DNA of 31,774 bases from an uncultured Candidatus Saccharibacteria bacterium (lineage in GTDB: Bacteria > Patescibacteriota > Minisyncoccia > Phycocordibacterales > GWA1-40-21). Shown piece by piece: positions 1 through 8,552 of this stretch (position 1 is the stretch's first letter; every line of letters begins with the position of its first letter). The translations under genes were made by a program, and so were the position numbers. The DNA is taken from assembly GCA_964545745.1 (NCBI GenBank), contig CAZJFZ010000001.1, forward strand, positions 1 through 31,774, in the 5' to 3' direction. The notes below the pieces were generated by a model that did no database searches, had not been told where the DNA came from, and saw only the letters and a list, made by a program, of their open reading frames with translations.

Positions 1-161
1 CAATATACTTTTACTGTGGGATGATTTAATGAGTATGCCTTTGCCATATTTGGTAAAATTTCATTGGCGGCAACTATTTCAAAATTATCGTTATTAGCAA
101 AACCATAACTTAACCCACCTACTCCGCAAAATAAGTCTATAACTTTTAATTTTTTAATCAT
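1..161 (-). CDS. DNA (cytosine-5)-methyltransferase, N-terminal part; runs off the window edge
   Basis: Not in the ORF track. Manual translation from ATG at 161 gives MIKKLKVIDLFCGVGGLSYGFANNDNFEIVAANEILPNMAKAYSLNHP, containing C5-MTase motif I (DLFxGxGG). It starts 7 nt after the stop of 169..960. Confidence 0.9.
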   Translation of the reverse strand, partial: MIKKLKVIDLFCGVGGLSYGFANNDNFEIVAANEILPNMAKAYSLNHPTVKVY

Positions 162-168
162 AAAAAAG

Positions 169-960
169 TTAATTAAAATCAATCTCTTTATATTTAACAG
201 GTGATTCTGTAATCTTCCAAACAAAATAATTTTGATCTATATTAAAAACTGTTTGTCCTTCCATTTGCTGTCGTGTTATCCAATTTACATCGCCATCTTC
301 TATTTCATCTAATTTAACGAAGGCAACTTGCCCGTTATACAAATCAAAATGGATAGCTATGGTATGCTTTCCGGTATCATTAAAAACTTTTTTTGCTTCT
401 ATAACCTTATGTTGTTTAATATCATTTGTACCGGTAAACCCTGACTGTATTTCTATTATTATTTTTTCTTCTTTGTTTAATTTTATTTCCAAATCAGCTT
501 TTGCTGTTCTTCTAAATGTCTTAACATCTCGTAAGTCATCATCACCGATTGAGTTAATTGCGGATAAACTAACGCCAAATATTTTACTCAGAGCCTTCGA
601 AAAAAAGTTAGACATAATATACCCCTGTATCCATGAAAAATAAACTTGTTCTGGTCTCCTTCTCTGATTATTTAGTTTTGATAGTATCTTTTCTTTCCTC
701 AATAATTTAAAAACACGATCTATGTTTTGCTTTTTAAAAGAATCTAAGTCATTAATTTTGATTTCACTCACAACAATTTTATCTAGTCTATCCACAATAT
801 CATATAATCGTTTATTTAAAAATTTAATATAATCAAAGTCAACCGTCGGTACAATATCTTTTGCACCAAAAAAGTTTTTTACATCAATTTGATTAGAAAA
901 ACCCAGTTTTTGTCTATATTGTCTAAAATATTCCTCAGTAATAGTAATCTTTTTTGCCAT
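169..960 (-). CDS. Putative type II restriction endonuclease (PD-(D/E)XK-like)
   Basis: ADLEI...IEIQSGF resembles a PD-(D/E)XK core; co-oriented and immediately upstream of a C5 methyltransferase. Confidence 0.65.
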   Translation of the reverse strand: MAKKITITEEYFRQYRQKLGFSNQIDVKNFFGAKDIVPTVDFDYIKFLNKRLYDIVDRLDKIVVSEIKINDLDSFKKQNIDRVFKLLRKEKILSKLNNQRRRPEQVYFSWIQGYIMSNFFSKALSKIFGVSLSAINSIGDDDLRDVKTFRRTAKADLEIKLNKEEKIIIEIQSGFTGTNDIKQHKVIEAKKVFNDTGKHTIAIHFDLYNGQVAFVKLDEIEDGDVNWITRQQMEGQTVFNIDQNYFVWKITESPVKYKEIDFN

Positions 961-972
961 ATGTTTTTTATA

Positions 973-3351
973 TTATACCTTATTTTTACTCTTCCATTGC
1001 CATTTTGAAATTTCTTCTGGATCATCACCCACTCGGATAATGTAATCTTTATGATCCTTTATTTTTTGCTTATAAGTTGACACCAATTTAGTGGCTTTGT
1101 CTTGAGTAACAACCCCCGCTTTAGCCATTTTTTCCACGGCTTCAATGAATAAATTATATCTATCCGTCTTATTTCTAATGTGCAAATCTAGAGGGGTGGT
1201 GGTAGAACCACTTTCCATATAACCATGAATAGAAATCCGATCCAAAGCATTCTCAAAACGGAAAATAGTTTTTTCCAAAGTGTCTGCATAACCATGAAAA
1301 TTAAAGATTACTGGCTTATCTTTAGTAAAATACTTTTCAAAATCTACTTCCGCTATTTTATTTTGCTGACCAACGGTATTTGGTGACAATTCCAAGACAT
1401 TCACAAACCGTACTTTTGCTTCCGGTGTTTCTTTCTTCAATAAATCAATCGCGGCCAATGCTTCCTTGACCAAATATTGCCCACAAGCACCAAATACCAA
1501 ATCTGGATTTGCCTCCGAAGCAAAATCCCAAATAGAAAGCCCTTCCGCCACTTCTTTTTTGGCTTCTACCCAAGACAACCAAATTGATTCAATGGTTTTT
1601 TCCGCCACAATCACATTGATTTCATTTTTTGACTTTAAACATTTTTCAGTAATCAAAACCGCTTCATTGGCATCAGCTGGAAAATAAATATTAATAAAGT
1701 CATGACCTTTATTTAACAATTCATCCATAAAGCTGGGATTTTGATGGGAAAAACCATTATGTTCCTGACGCCAACCGGTAGAAGTTAAAATATAATTAAA
1801 GGATGGGACATCCCCGCGCCAATCTGTTTTCCTAGCAATCTTTAAAAACTTACTGTATTGATCCGCCATACTGGACACGATCGGAATGAAAGCTTCATAA
1901 GAAGTAAAAATAGAAAAGCGACCAGTCAAAATATAACCTTGAGCCAATCCTTGCAAAGACTGTTCGGAGAGCATTTCAATAATCCGACCATCCCGTGACA
2001 TATCTTTGTCCCACTCCTCAAGTTTACCCACAAAAGAGCGCGTGGTTTCCTTAAACATATCCTGCAAACGGTTGGAATAAGTTTCATCGGGCGAAAAAAG
2101 TCGAAAATTTCTGTTTACTTGATTCAGCTTTACCACTTCCGCCAAATACTCACCAATCTTTTTCATTGCTCCCGCCTCACCAGTTTTCGTCTCAAATTTT
2201 TCTACTTCTGGCAAAATTAAATCTCGACTTGAATCTCCTTTCTTTATTCCCAAAGTATTTTTATTATCACCCATTCGCTTTCCTTCTTTTGGCATATTAG
2301 CCAAAATTTCTTCAGAAAAACCCTTAGCTTCATCAAATAATTCTTCAAACTTATATGACTTAATCCATTTTTCTACCATTTTAAGCTGACTTTTATCCGT
2401 TTTGCTCTCTTTACCTACCACCTGATGGGACAGGGAATTGCCTTCTATCTTATCCCCATTACCTTCTATTTTAGGTCCAGCTAAATATTTTGGCCCAGTC
2501 CAACCCTTTGGTGTTTTAAGAATAATCATTGGAAAACGAAAATAGTCATCAAGTTTTCGGCTGGGATTTTCTCGTGCTTCCTTTTGTATTTTTCTAATTT
2601 GAGCATAAGCGGAATCCAAAGCTTTGACCATCTTCTCGTAGACTTTATCACCTTTCCCTTCCACAATAATCGGCTCATAACCATAACCTTTGAATAAAGA
2701 TTTCAAATCAGCATTTTTCATTCGGCCAAAGATAGTGGGGCCAGAAATTTTATAACCGTTCAAATGTAAAATAGGCAGGACGACACCATTTACGGCTGGA
2801 TCAATAAATTTATTCAAATGCCAAGAGGTAGCCAAAGCGCCCGTTTCCGCTTCACCATCACCCACCAAACAAGTAGCAATCAAATCCGGATTATCTAACA
2901 CTGCACCATAAGCGGTAGACAGAGAATAACCAAGCTCGCCACCTTCCAAAATCACCCCCGGTGTCAGTGGACTAGAATGACTAGGAAAACCATACGGCCA
3001 ACTGAAATTTTTTGTAATATAAGCAATACCATTTTCATCCAATTTGGCCTCTGGATAATATTTACCAAGCGTCCCTTCCAAAAAAATATTGGACTGCAGG
3101 GCGGGAAAACCGTGTCCGGGACCGAGGACAAATATCATCTGAGCATCAGTTTTGATAATTAAATTATTCAAACAAGCATAAACAAAATTAATCCCCGGAC
3201 AAGTACCCCAATGGCCAAGCAAGCGGGATTTAATATCAACAAAAGTGAGTTTATCCTTTAATAAAAAATTATTTTGTAAATAAATTTGTGCTACGGATAA
3301 ATAATTCGTCACCCGCACGAACTTTTTTATTTTCTCAATTTCAGAGTTCAT
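973..3351 (-). CDS. xfp: Phosphoketolase (xylulose-5-P/fructose-6-P)
   Basis: RLLGHWGTCPG, GPGHG, EGGELGY, TPP-binding GDGEAETG, LHLNGYKI and WRQEHNGFSHQNP motifs. Confidence 0.95.
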   Translation of the reverse strand: MNSEIEKIKKFVRVTNYLSVAQIYLQNNFLLKDKLTFVDIKSRLLGHWGTCPGINFVYACLNNLIIKTDAQMIFVLGPGHGFPALQSNIFLEGTLGKYYPEAKLDENGIAYITKNFSWPYGFPSHSSPLTPGVILEGGELGYSLSTAYGAVLDNPDLIATCLVGDGEAETGALATSWHLNKFIDPAVNGVVLPILHLNGYKISGPTIFGRMKNADLKSLFKGYGYEPIIVEGKGDKVYEKMVKALDSAYAQIRKIQKEARENPSRKLDDYFRFPMIILKTPKGWTGPKYLAGPKIEGNGDKIEGNSLSHQVVGKESKTDKSQLKMVEKWIKSYKFEELFDEAKGFSEEILANMPKEGKRMGDNKNTLGIKKGDSSRDLILPEVEKFETKTGEAGAMKKIGEYLAEVVKLNQVNRNFRLFSPDETYSNRLQDMFKETTRSFVGKLEEWDKDMSRDGRIIEMLSEQSLQGLAQGYILTGRFSIFTSYEAFIPIVSSMADQYSKFLKIARKTDWRGDVPSFNYILTSTGWRQEHNGFSHQNPSFMDELLNKGHDFINIYFPADANEAVLITEKCLKSKNEINVIVAEKTIESIWLSWVEAKKEVAEGLSIWDFASEANPDLVFGACGQYLVKEALAAIDLLKKETPEAKVRFVNVLELSPNTVGQQNKIAEVDFEKYFTKDKPVIFNFHGYADTLEKTIFRFENALDRISIHGYMESGSTTTPLDLHIRNKTDRYNLFIEAVEKMAKAGVVTQDKATKLVSTYKQKIKDHKDYIIRVGDDPEEISKWQWKSKNKV

Positions 3352-3402
3352 TCAATTATTATATCATTTTTAAAAGAATTGAACACTCCTCTCTTTTGTT
3401 TC

Positions 3403-3425
3403 CGGACAAGGACTGTCCTTGTCCG
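3403..3425. repeat. Perfect palindrome of the CAAGG-N5-CCTTG family (monomer)
   Basis: cggacaaggac-t-gtccttgtccg, 11-bp arms; related copies at 9838, 11580 and 27433. Confidence 0.8.
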
Positions 3426-3447
3426 AATTAGCCATGTTTTGGAAAAT

Positions 3448-3486
3448 AGAAAGAGCCCCCGTTGAAATTATCGCTAGGGGCTCAAG
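3448..3486 (-). terminator. Intrinsic terminator-like hairpin after the small ORF 3502..3648
   Basis: GAGCCCC...GGGGCTC stem followed on the minus strand by TTTCTATTTT. Confidence 0.6.
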
Positions 3487-3501
3487 CAAGCAACCTGCAT
3501 T

Positions 3502-3648
3502 CTATTTCCAGATGATTCCTCCTGTGGGAGAACGCTTTCCCCACTGATCTTTCTGACAGACAGAGCAAGTTCTCTTGTCTGATCGATCCGTCTTTCTCCA
3601 CTTATGACCAGCAAACAAACAACGTAACATCACAAAAAAGTTCCACAT
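3502..3648 (-). CDS. 48-aa putative zinc-binding protein (DUF1660-like C-x4-H-x-W...CxxC)
   Basis: Below the ORF-track cutoff. Translation MWNFFVMLRCLFAGHKWRKTDRSDKRTCSVCQKDQWGKRSPTGGIIWK; GGAG Shine-Dalgarno upstream and a terminator downstream. Confidence 0.65.
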   Translation of the reverse strand: MWNFFVMLRCLFAGHKWRKTDRSDKRTCSVCQKDQWGKRSPTGGIIWK

Positions 3649-3818
3649 CTTGATTTCTCCCCTTTTTGCTTGGTGTTCTTTTTGTGGCGGTTTTACCTAC
3701 CACTCTCTGTTTATTAGTATATACTGATTTATCTCTTATAAAACACTTCCTTTATTACTAAAACTATGCTTTAATAGAAACTTAGTTATGCGCGAAAGCG
3801 CTTTATTTAATTATAAAA

Positions 3819-5651
3819 ATGGAAATACGAAATATTGCAATCATTGCCCATGTAGACCACGGAAAAACCACCTTGACGGATGCCATTATGAAGCAGACCG
3901 GTATGGGAGAAGAAGGTGTGTCTATGGATTCCAACAAACTCGAACAAGAGCGCGGTATTACTATTTATGCCAAGAATACTTCTATTTATTATCCTTCAGC
4001 AAACTCGGGGCGAGAAGTTACTAAAATAAATATTGTGGATACTCCCGGTCATGCGGATTTTGGCTCAGAAGTAGAAAGAGTTTTACGATCAATTGATACT
4101 GTACTTTTGGTAGTGGATGCTCAAGAAGGACCGATGCCACAAACTAGATTTGTGCTTAAAAAATCTCTGGAGCTTGGTTTGAAACCAATTGTGGTTATAA
4201 ATAAAATTGATAAGAATGCCGCCAAACCGGAATGGGCCCATGAGGCGGTCTTGGAACTTTTTATGGAACTCGGTGCCAATAATGAACAATTGGACTTCCC
4301 TACTATTTATGCAATTGGCAGAAAAGGAGTAGCAATGAAAAAACCTACCGATGAGCAAAAAGATTTAACTCCTTTACTTGATTTAATATTAGAAAAAGTA
4401 CCACCGGCCACTAAACCAGAAGATGAAAAACTACCTTTAACCGCTCAAATTTTTAATTTGGCTTATGATAATTTTATGGGTCGTTTAGCAATCTGCCGAA
4501 TTTATAAAGGAACACTTCGTCAAGGTCAACAAATCTTTTCCCGCCTGCCGACCTACGATGGCGGGCAGGCCAAAACTCATGAAGGTAATTCTCGCTCTTT
4601 TAAAATAACTAAACTTTTTACTTTTGAAGGTTTAAGGAGGAAAGAAGTAACGGAAGCTCTCGCTGGAGACATTGTTCTCTTTGCCGGACTGGATGATGCT
4701 TATATTGGTGAGACAATTTGCGAAGATGAAAAACAAGAAACTTTACCTGCCATCAATATTGACGAACCAACCATTTCTCTTAATTTTTTGGTTAACGATT
4801 CTCCTTTTGCAGGTCGCGAAGGAAAGTTTGTCACCGGCCGACAAATCCGTGAACGGTTAGAAAGAGAATTAGAAATAAATGTTGGTCTAAAAATTGAATT
4901 TATTCAAGATACAATGAAAGTTTATGGACGAGGTGAACTCCATGTAGCTATTCTTATTGAAAATATGCGCCGGGAAGGTTTTGAATTGCAAGTCTCTCAA
5001 CCCCAAGCCATCATCCGCGAGGAAAATGGTCAAAAAATGGAACCGTATGAAGAAGTAACAATTGATGTACCAGAAGAAGTGTCCGGAACGGTGATTGAAA
5101 AACTGGGTAAACGTCGAGGAATTATGCAGGATATGAAAACAAAAGATGGACAAGTCCGAATGATTTTTGAAATGCCCACCCGTGGCCTTCTAGGCTTCAA
5201 AGGACAATTTGTAGTAGATACGCGCGGGAATGGAATTCTTTGTAGCCGTTTTATTGGCTTTAAACCGTATGCTGGTGATATTCAAAAACAAGAATTTGGC
5301 TCCATGATTTCCATGATGGATGGTAAAGCTTTAGCTTTTGCTTTGTGGAATCTGCAAGAGAGAGGAATATTGTATATCACGCCGGGCACTGAAGTTTATG
5401 AAGGGATGATTATTGGTAATGTAACCAAAGGCGAGGATATGGATGTCAACCCAATCAAAGGAAAAAACTTGACCAATGTCCGTAAAACCAGTTCCGATGA
5501 AGCGATTTATTTAACGCCAGCGATGGCCATTGATATTGAAAAAGGTTTGGAGATTATGGGTGATGGTGACTATTTAGAAGTTACTCCTTTAAACACTCGT
5601 TTGCGAAAAAAATATTTGACAAAAATTGAAAGAGCAAGAGCTATTAGATAA
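3819..5651 (+). CDS. typA: Translational GTPase TypA/BipA
   Basis: IAIIAHVDHGKTTL, ERGITI, DTPGHADF, NKID, VYGRGELH and the C-terminal BipA domain. Confidence 0.97.
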   Translation: MEIRNIAIIAHVDHGKTTLTDAIMKQTGMGEEGVSMDSNKLEQERGITIYAKNTSIYYPSANSGREVTKINIVDTPGHADFGSEVERVLRSIDTVLLVVDAQEGPMPQTRFVLKKSLELGLKPIVVINKIDKNAAKPEWAHEAVLELFMELGANNEQLDFPTIYAIGRKGVAMKKPTDEQKDLTPLLDLILEKVPPATKPEDEKLPLTAQIFNLAYDNFMGRLAICRIYKGTLRQGQQIFSRLPTYDGGQAKTHEGNSRSFKITKLFTFEGLRRKEVTEALAGDIVLFAGLDDAYIGETICEDEKQETLPAINIDEPTISLNFLVNDSPFAGREGKFVTGRQIRERLERELEINVGLKIEFIQDTMKVYGRGELHVAILIENMRREGFELQVSQPQAIIREENGQKMEPYEEVTIDVPEEVSGTVIEKLGKRRGIMQDMKTKDGQVRMIFEMPTRGLLGFKGQFVVDTRGNGILCSRFIGFKPYAGDIQKQEFGSMISMMDGKALAFALWNLQERGILYITPGTEVYEGMIIGNVTKGEDMDVNPIKGKNLTNVRKTSSDEAIYLTPAMAIDIEKGLEIMGDGDYLEVTPLNTRLRKKYLTKIERARAIR

Positions 5652-5673
5652 AATTTAAAAATAGGCAAAATGA

Positions 5674-5699
5674 AGCCGCTCACTGGTGTGTGAGCGGCT
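5674..5699. terminator. Hairpin between convergent typA and 5736..6140, probably a bidirectional terminator
   Basis: agccgctcac-tggtgt-gtgagcggct, perfect 10-bp stem. Confidence 0.65.
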
Positions 5700-5735
5700 A
5701 GTGATCGTGTTGGTGAAGTCCTCTTCTTTACCTTT

Positions 5736-6140
5736 TCATCTTGCGATAAACGCAACAGCATGGTTAGAAGAAACGACGGTGGAGTAGAAGGTTTCCTGAC
5801 GCAGTTGGTGCGATCCGGAAATCACTACTTCCCAAATAGGAATCTTGATCCCTCCGCCGATCTTGGCCGAGCCTGGGCAGAGAACAAAGGAAGTCTGCTC
5901 GATTAGAGTCTGAAGTTGCTTCCGAGTAGCTGAAACTAGGGCCATCCTCACTTCCTCATCCAGAGCAGTCTGCAATCCGTATCTCACCCCTGAGGACAAA
6001 ATGTCCACAAGAGATGTCCCCGGCTTTGACTGAAAGAAGAACAAGCGAGACTTGTCTATCCTCCAGCCCATCGCTGAGAACACTTGCTTCGGTGGCAAGA
6101 AACCACCACCAAAGCTTGACCAACACACAAAACCATCCAT
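5736..6140 (-). CDS. Hypothetical protein (about 134 aa, probable start MDGFVC)
   Basis: Open frame in a GC-richer block. Start moved from 6215 to 6140 so it follows the stop of 6175..6387 rather than overlapping it. No recognisable motif. Confidence 0.45.
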   Translation of the reverse strand: MDGFVCWSSFGGGFLPPKQVFSAMGWRIDKSRLFFFQSKPGTSLVDILSSGVRYGLQTALDEEVRMALVSATRKQLQTLIEQTSFVLCPGSAKIGGGIKIPIWEVVISGSHQLRQETFYSTVVSSNHAVAFIAR

Positions 6141-6174
6141 CGTTGTTTTTCTCTTTCTTGTTTGATTTGAGTTG

Positions 6175-6387
6175 TTAGGCCGTTTTCTTCTTGCTGTTGC
6201 TGATCGGGGGGACAACCATCAGACCAGTTTCCCCATTCAGTATGAACGGACTGATATTCCCCACCAATGCCCTTTTCTTCTGATGGCACTCCGTACACTC
6301 GAGATCGACGACAACCCCCTTTGGATCATTCCTTACGATTTTGACCTTCGCCTCGGAACGACAAAGCCCACAGATCACGCCTTCCAT
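6175..6387 (-). CDS. Small zinc-ribbon-like protein (70 aa)
   Basis: CGLC...CTEC double CxxC; GGAAGG Shine-Dalgarno-like sequence upstream. Confidence 0.6.
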   Translation of the reverse strand: MEGVICGLCRSEAKVKIVRNDPKGVVVDLECTECHQKKRALVGNISPFILNGETGLMVVPPISNSKKKTA

Positions 6388-6480
6388 TAGACCTTCCCTT
6401 TCTACAACACTCTTCTACTCACAGTCCTAGCTACCAAGCTAAGACTAAGAACTTTCTGCCAAAAACATACCATATACAAA

Positions 6481-6515
6481 ACAAAAAAGCAAGTCTTGCG
6501 ACCTGCTTTTTTGTT
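6481..6515 (-). terminator. Terminator of the RRM gene
   Basis: acaaaaaagcaagtc-ttgc-gacctgcttttttgt inverted repeat with T-tract. Confidence 0.7.
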
Positions 6516-6581
6516 TTAACTTTTGAAGTCAACCTTACATTAATTAATCCTTCTGTTTAAGAAAACATCAGGATTAGAATA

Positions 6582-6884
6582 CTAATATCTTGAGCCACCA
6601 CCACGGTTGTCAAAATTCCTTCTTGGAGGTCTCTCGGACAGAGGCTTAGCCTCATTGACCGTAAGCTTTCTGCCATCCACATCAGCTCCGTTCATCTTTT
6701 CTATAGCCGCATCTGCTTCCGCATCATTGACCATATTAACAAAACCAAAACCTCTGGATCGGCCAGTCATCTTATCAGTGATCACATTTGCTGACTCAAC
6801 TTCTCCCATTGGAGAAAAAGCCTCTTTGAGTGAAGCGTCAGTGGTATTGTAAGATAAGTTACCGACATACAATTTCTTTGCCAT
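6582..6884 (-). CDS. RRM (RNP-1) RNA-binding protein
   Basis: RNP-2 KLYVGNL, RNP-1 RGFGFV, Gly/Arg-rich tail. Confidence 0.95.
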   Translation of the reverse strand: MAKKLYVGNLSYNTTDASLKEAFSPMGEVESANVITDKMTGRSRGFGFVNMVNDAEADAAIEKMNGADVDGRKLTVNEAKPLSERPPRRNFDNRGGGSRY

Positions 6885-6988
6885 TTGCTTTGAAATATTT
6901 TTATTAAACTTTATCTATAGAAGCGACCTACGAGAACATCTACGACGAGATTAAGATAACATAAATGAACTACAAATACAAATTGCCG

Positions 6989-8473
6989 TTATCTTCGGCC
7001 ACTAGGCTGAATTCTTTCTTTTAAAGCTCTTAAATATGTTTCTTTTAAATCAGTTAAACTCTGAGTTTCTTTAAAGAAACTCACACTAACACCATTATTC
7101 TTTTCCATTTCAGACATTTTTCTCATAAATTCATACAAACCAGTGAGTAATGTTTCGGCTTGTTCAAGCATCATCACTTCATCTCGGCTTTTTGATACCC
7201 CTCGGTTAACTCTCCTCCTTTCCTCACCAGCAAACATTTTGGCAAGAAAAAATTTGTTATCAAAACCTCTTTTTCTTTTTTGAGCTTCATCTCTTTTGTC
7301 TTTTGCTTCAGTTAAATCAGCCTGCACCATCTCTATTTTTTCAGGCAACCAGTCCATACCAGAAAACCAATAAGTTTCTCCGCTCAAAGTCTTACTAAAA
7401 TACTTGGCCATTGGGTCTTCTTTATCTAAGACCTCAAAATTTACAACAAAATCATCCGCATTTCTTTTAAAACTTACAACTAATCTAGAAGGACTGTTGC
7501 GTACAATGACGTCTAGTTCAGTAAAGGCCTGTTCTGTCTCCTTGGTCATTTTTTTCAATTTTTCCAATTCTTTTTCTTTATTTAATTTTTGATCTAAATT
7601 TTCTACTTCTCTTTCCGCTTCTCTAAAATTATTATAAATAATTCTATCTGTAATAATTTTTCTTATCGTCTCAACAGGACCTCTTGTTTTATCCATTAAA
7701 TTATTACTTATTTCCACTTTAGCTGCCGAATCTAAATGATCCCACCATTCATTTACTGCTTCATGGACCAATTCATCCATCCCAGCTAAAAATTCTCTTT
7801 TAACTTCAAAAAAATAACCAGGACCAAATTCGCTAAACCTAATTATAATCTCTTTCGAAACTATTGTAGGAAGAGTCTGAGTTTGTTTTTTTTCAAAAAA
7901 TTGGACTAGAAAATCTCGTATAACTTCTTTTCTGCCCACCAACAATTCGCTAATTAATTTAGAAATCTCTTCTTTTGATATATTTTCAACTTGTGAATTT
8001 GCTTCTTGAGTCAAACCTTTAAAGGTTCTATTTTTTACTTTTGGGTCATTCTCTTGTAATTCATCTAACAACTCATCTTTGGCTTGGGCTCTTACCCGCA
8101 CTTCAGTTCTTAACTTTTCTCTCAAAGCTGTCAGAGCCTCTTTTGCTTCGGTGTGTTTTTTAGCTAAACCGTCTTCTTCACCATCTTTTGCCCTAGTATA
8201 ATCTTCTAAAGTTTCAATTCCCCTCTTTTTTAAATATGTTCGAACTGTAGAATCCTCAAGGATCCTTTCAAACTCTCCCTTGAGACTCTTCATTTGATCC
8301 TTTGCTCCCTTAAAATTTTCCAGAACACTTCTAGCAGAAGAATCATCTTTTACTAATTTCTTTTTGGCATCAGATACCCCTTTAACTTTTTCCGCTAACT
8401 CTTTTCCTTTTTCCTCTTGACTTTCTCTCTCCTCTTTAAAAGCATCAGACTTTAATTTTTCAAAATCACTCAT
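6989..8473 (-). CDS. Hypothetical coiled-coil protein (494 aa)
   Basis: Long uninterrupted E/K-rich ORF; TATAAT upstream; no catalytic motif recognised. Confidence 0.75.
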   Translation of the reverse strand: MSDFEKLKSDAFKEERESQEEKGKELAEKVKGVSDAKKKLVKDDSSARSVLENFKGAKDQMKSLKGEFERILEDSTVRTYLKKRGIETLEDYTRAKDGEEDGLAKKHTEAKEALTALREKLRTEVRVRAQAKDELLDELQENDPKVKNRTFKGLTQEANSQVENISKEEISKLISELLVGRKEVIRDFLVQFFEKKQTQTLPTIVSKEIIIRFSEFGPGYFFEVKREFLAGMDELVHEAVNEWWDHLDSAAKVEISNNLMDKTRGPVETIRKIITDRIIYNNFREAEREVENLDQKLNKEKELEKLKKMTKETEQAFTELDVIVRNSPSRLVVSFKRNADDFVVNFEVLDKEDPMAKYFSKTLSGETYWFSGMDWLPEKIEMVQADLTEAKDKRDEAQKRKRGFDNKFFLAKMFAGEERRRVNRGVSKSRDEVMMLEQAETLLTGLYEFMRKMSEMEKNNGVSVSFFKETQSLTDLKETYLRALKERIQPSGRR

Positions 8474-8552
8474 AGTTTTTTGTTAAACTAATAATACTAC
8501 TATTATACCACTATGCTTGTTTATGTGCCAGATTTTAGATACAATACCCAAT

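Noticed and set aside
2441-2482. 21-nt tandem duplication in xfp giving KIEGNGDKIEGN
   Set aside because: Real but most simply a tolerated slippage duplication in a loop; no sign of a wider system.
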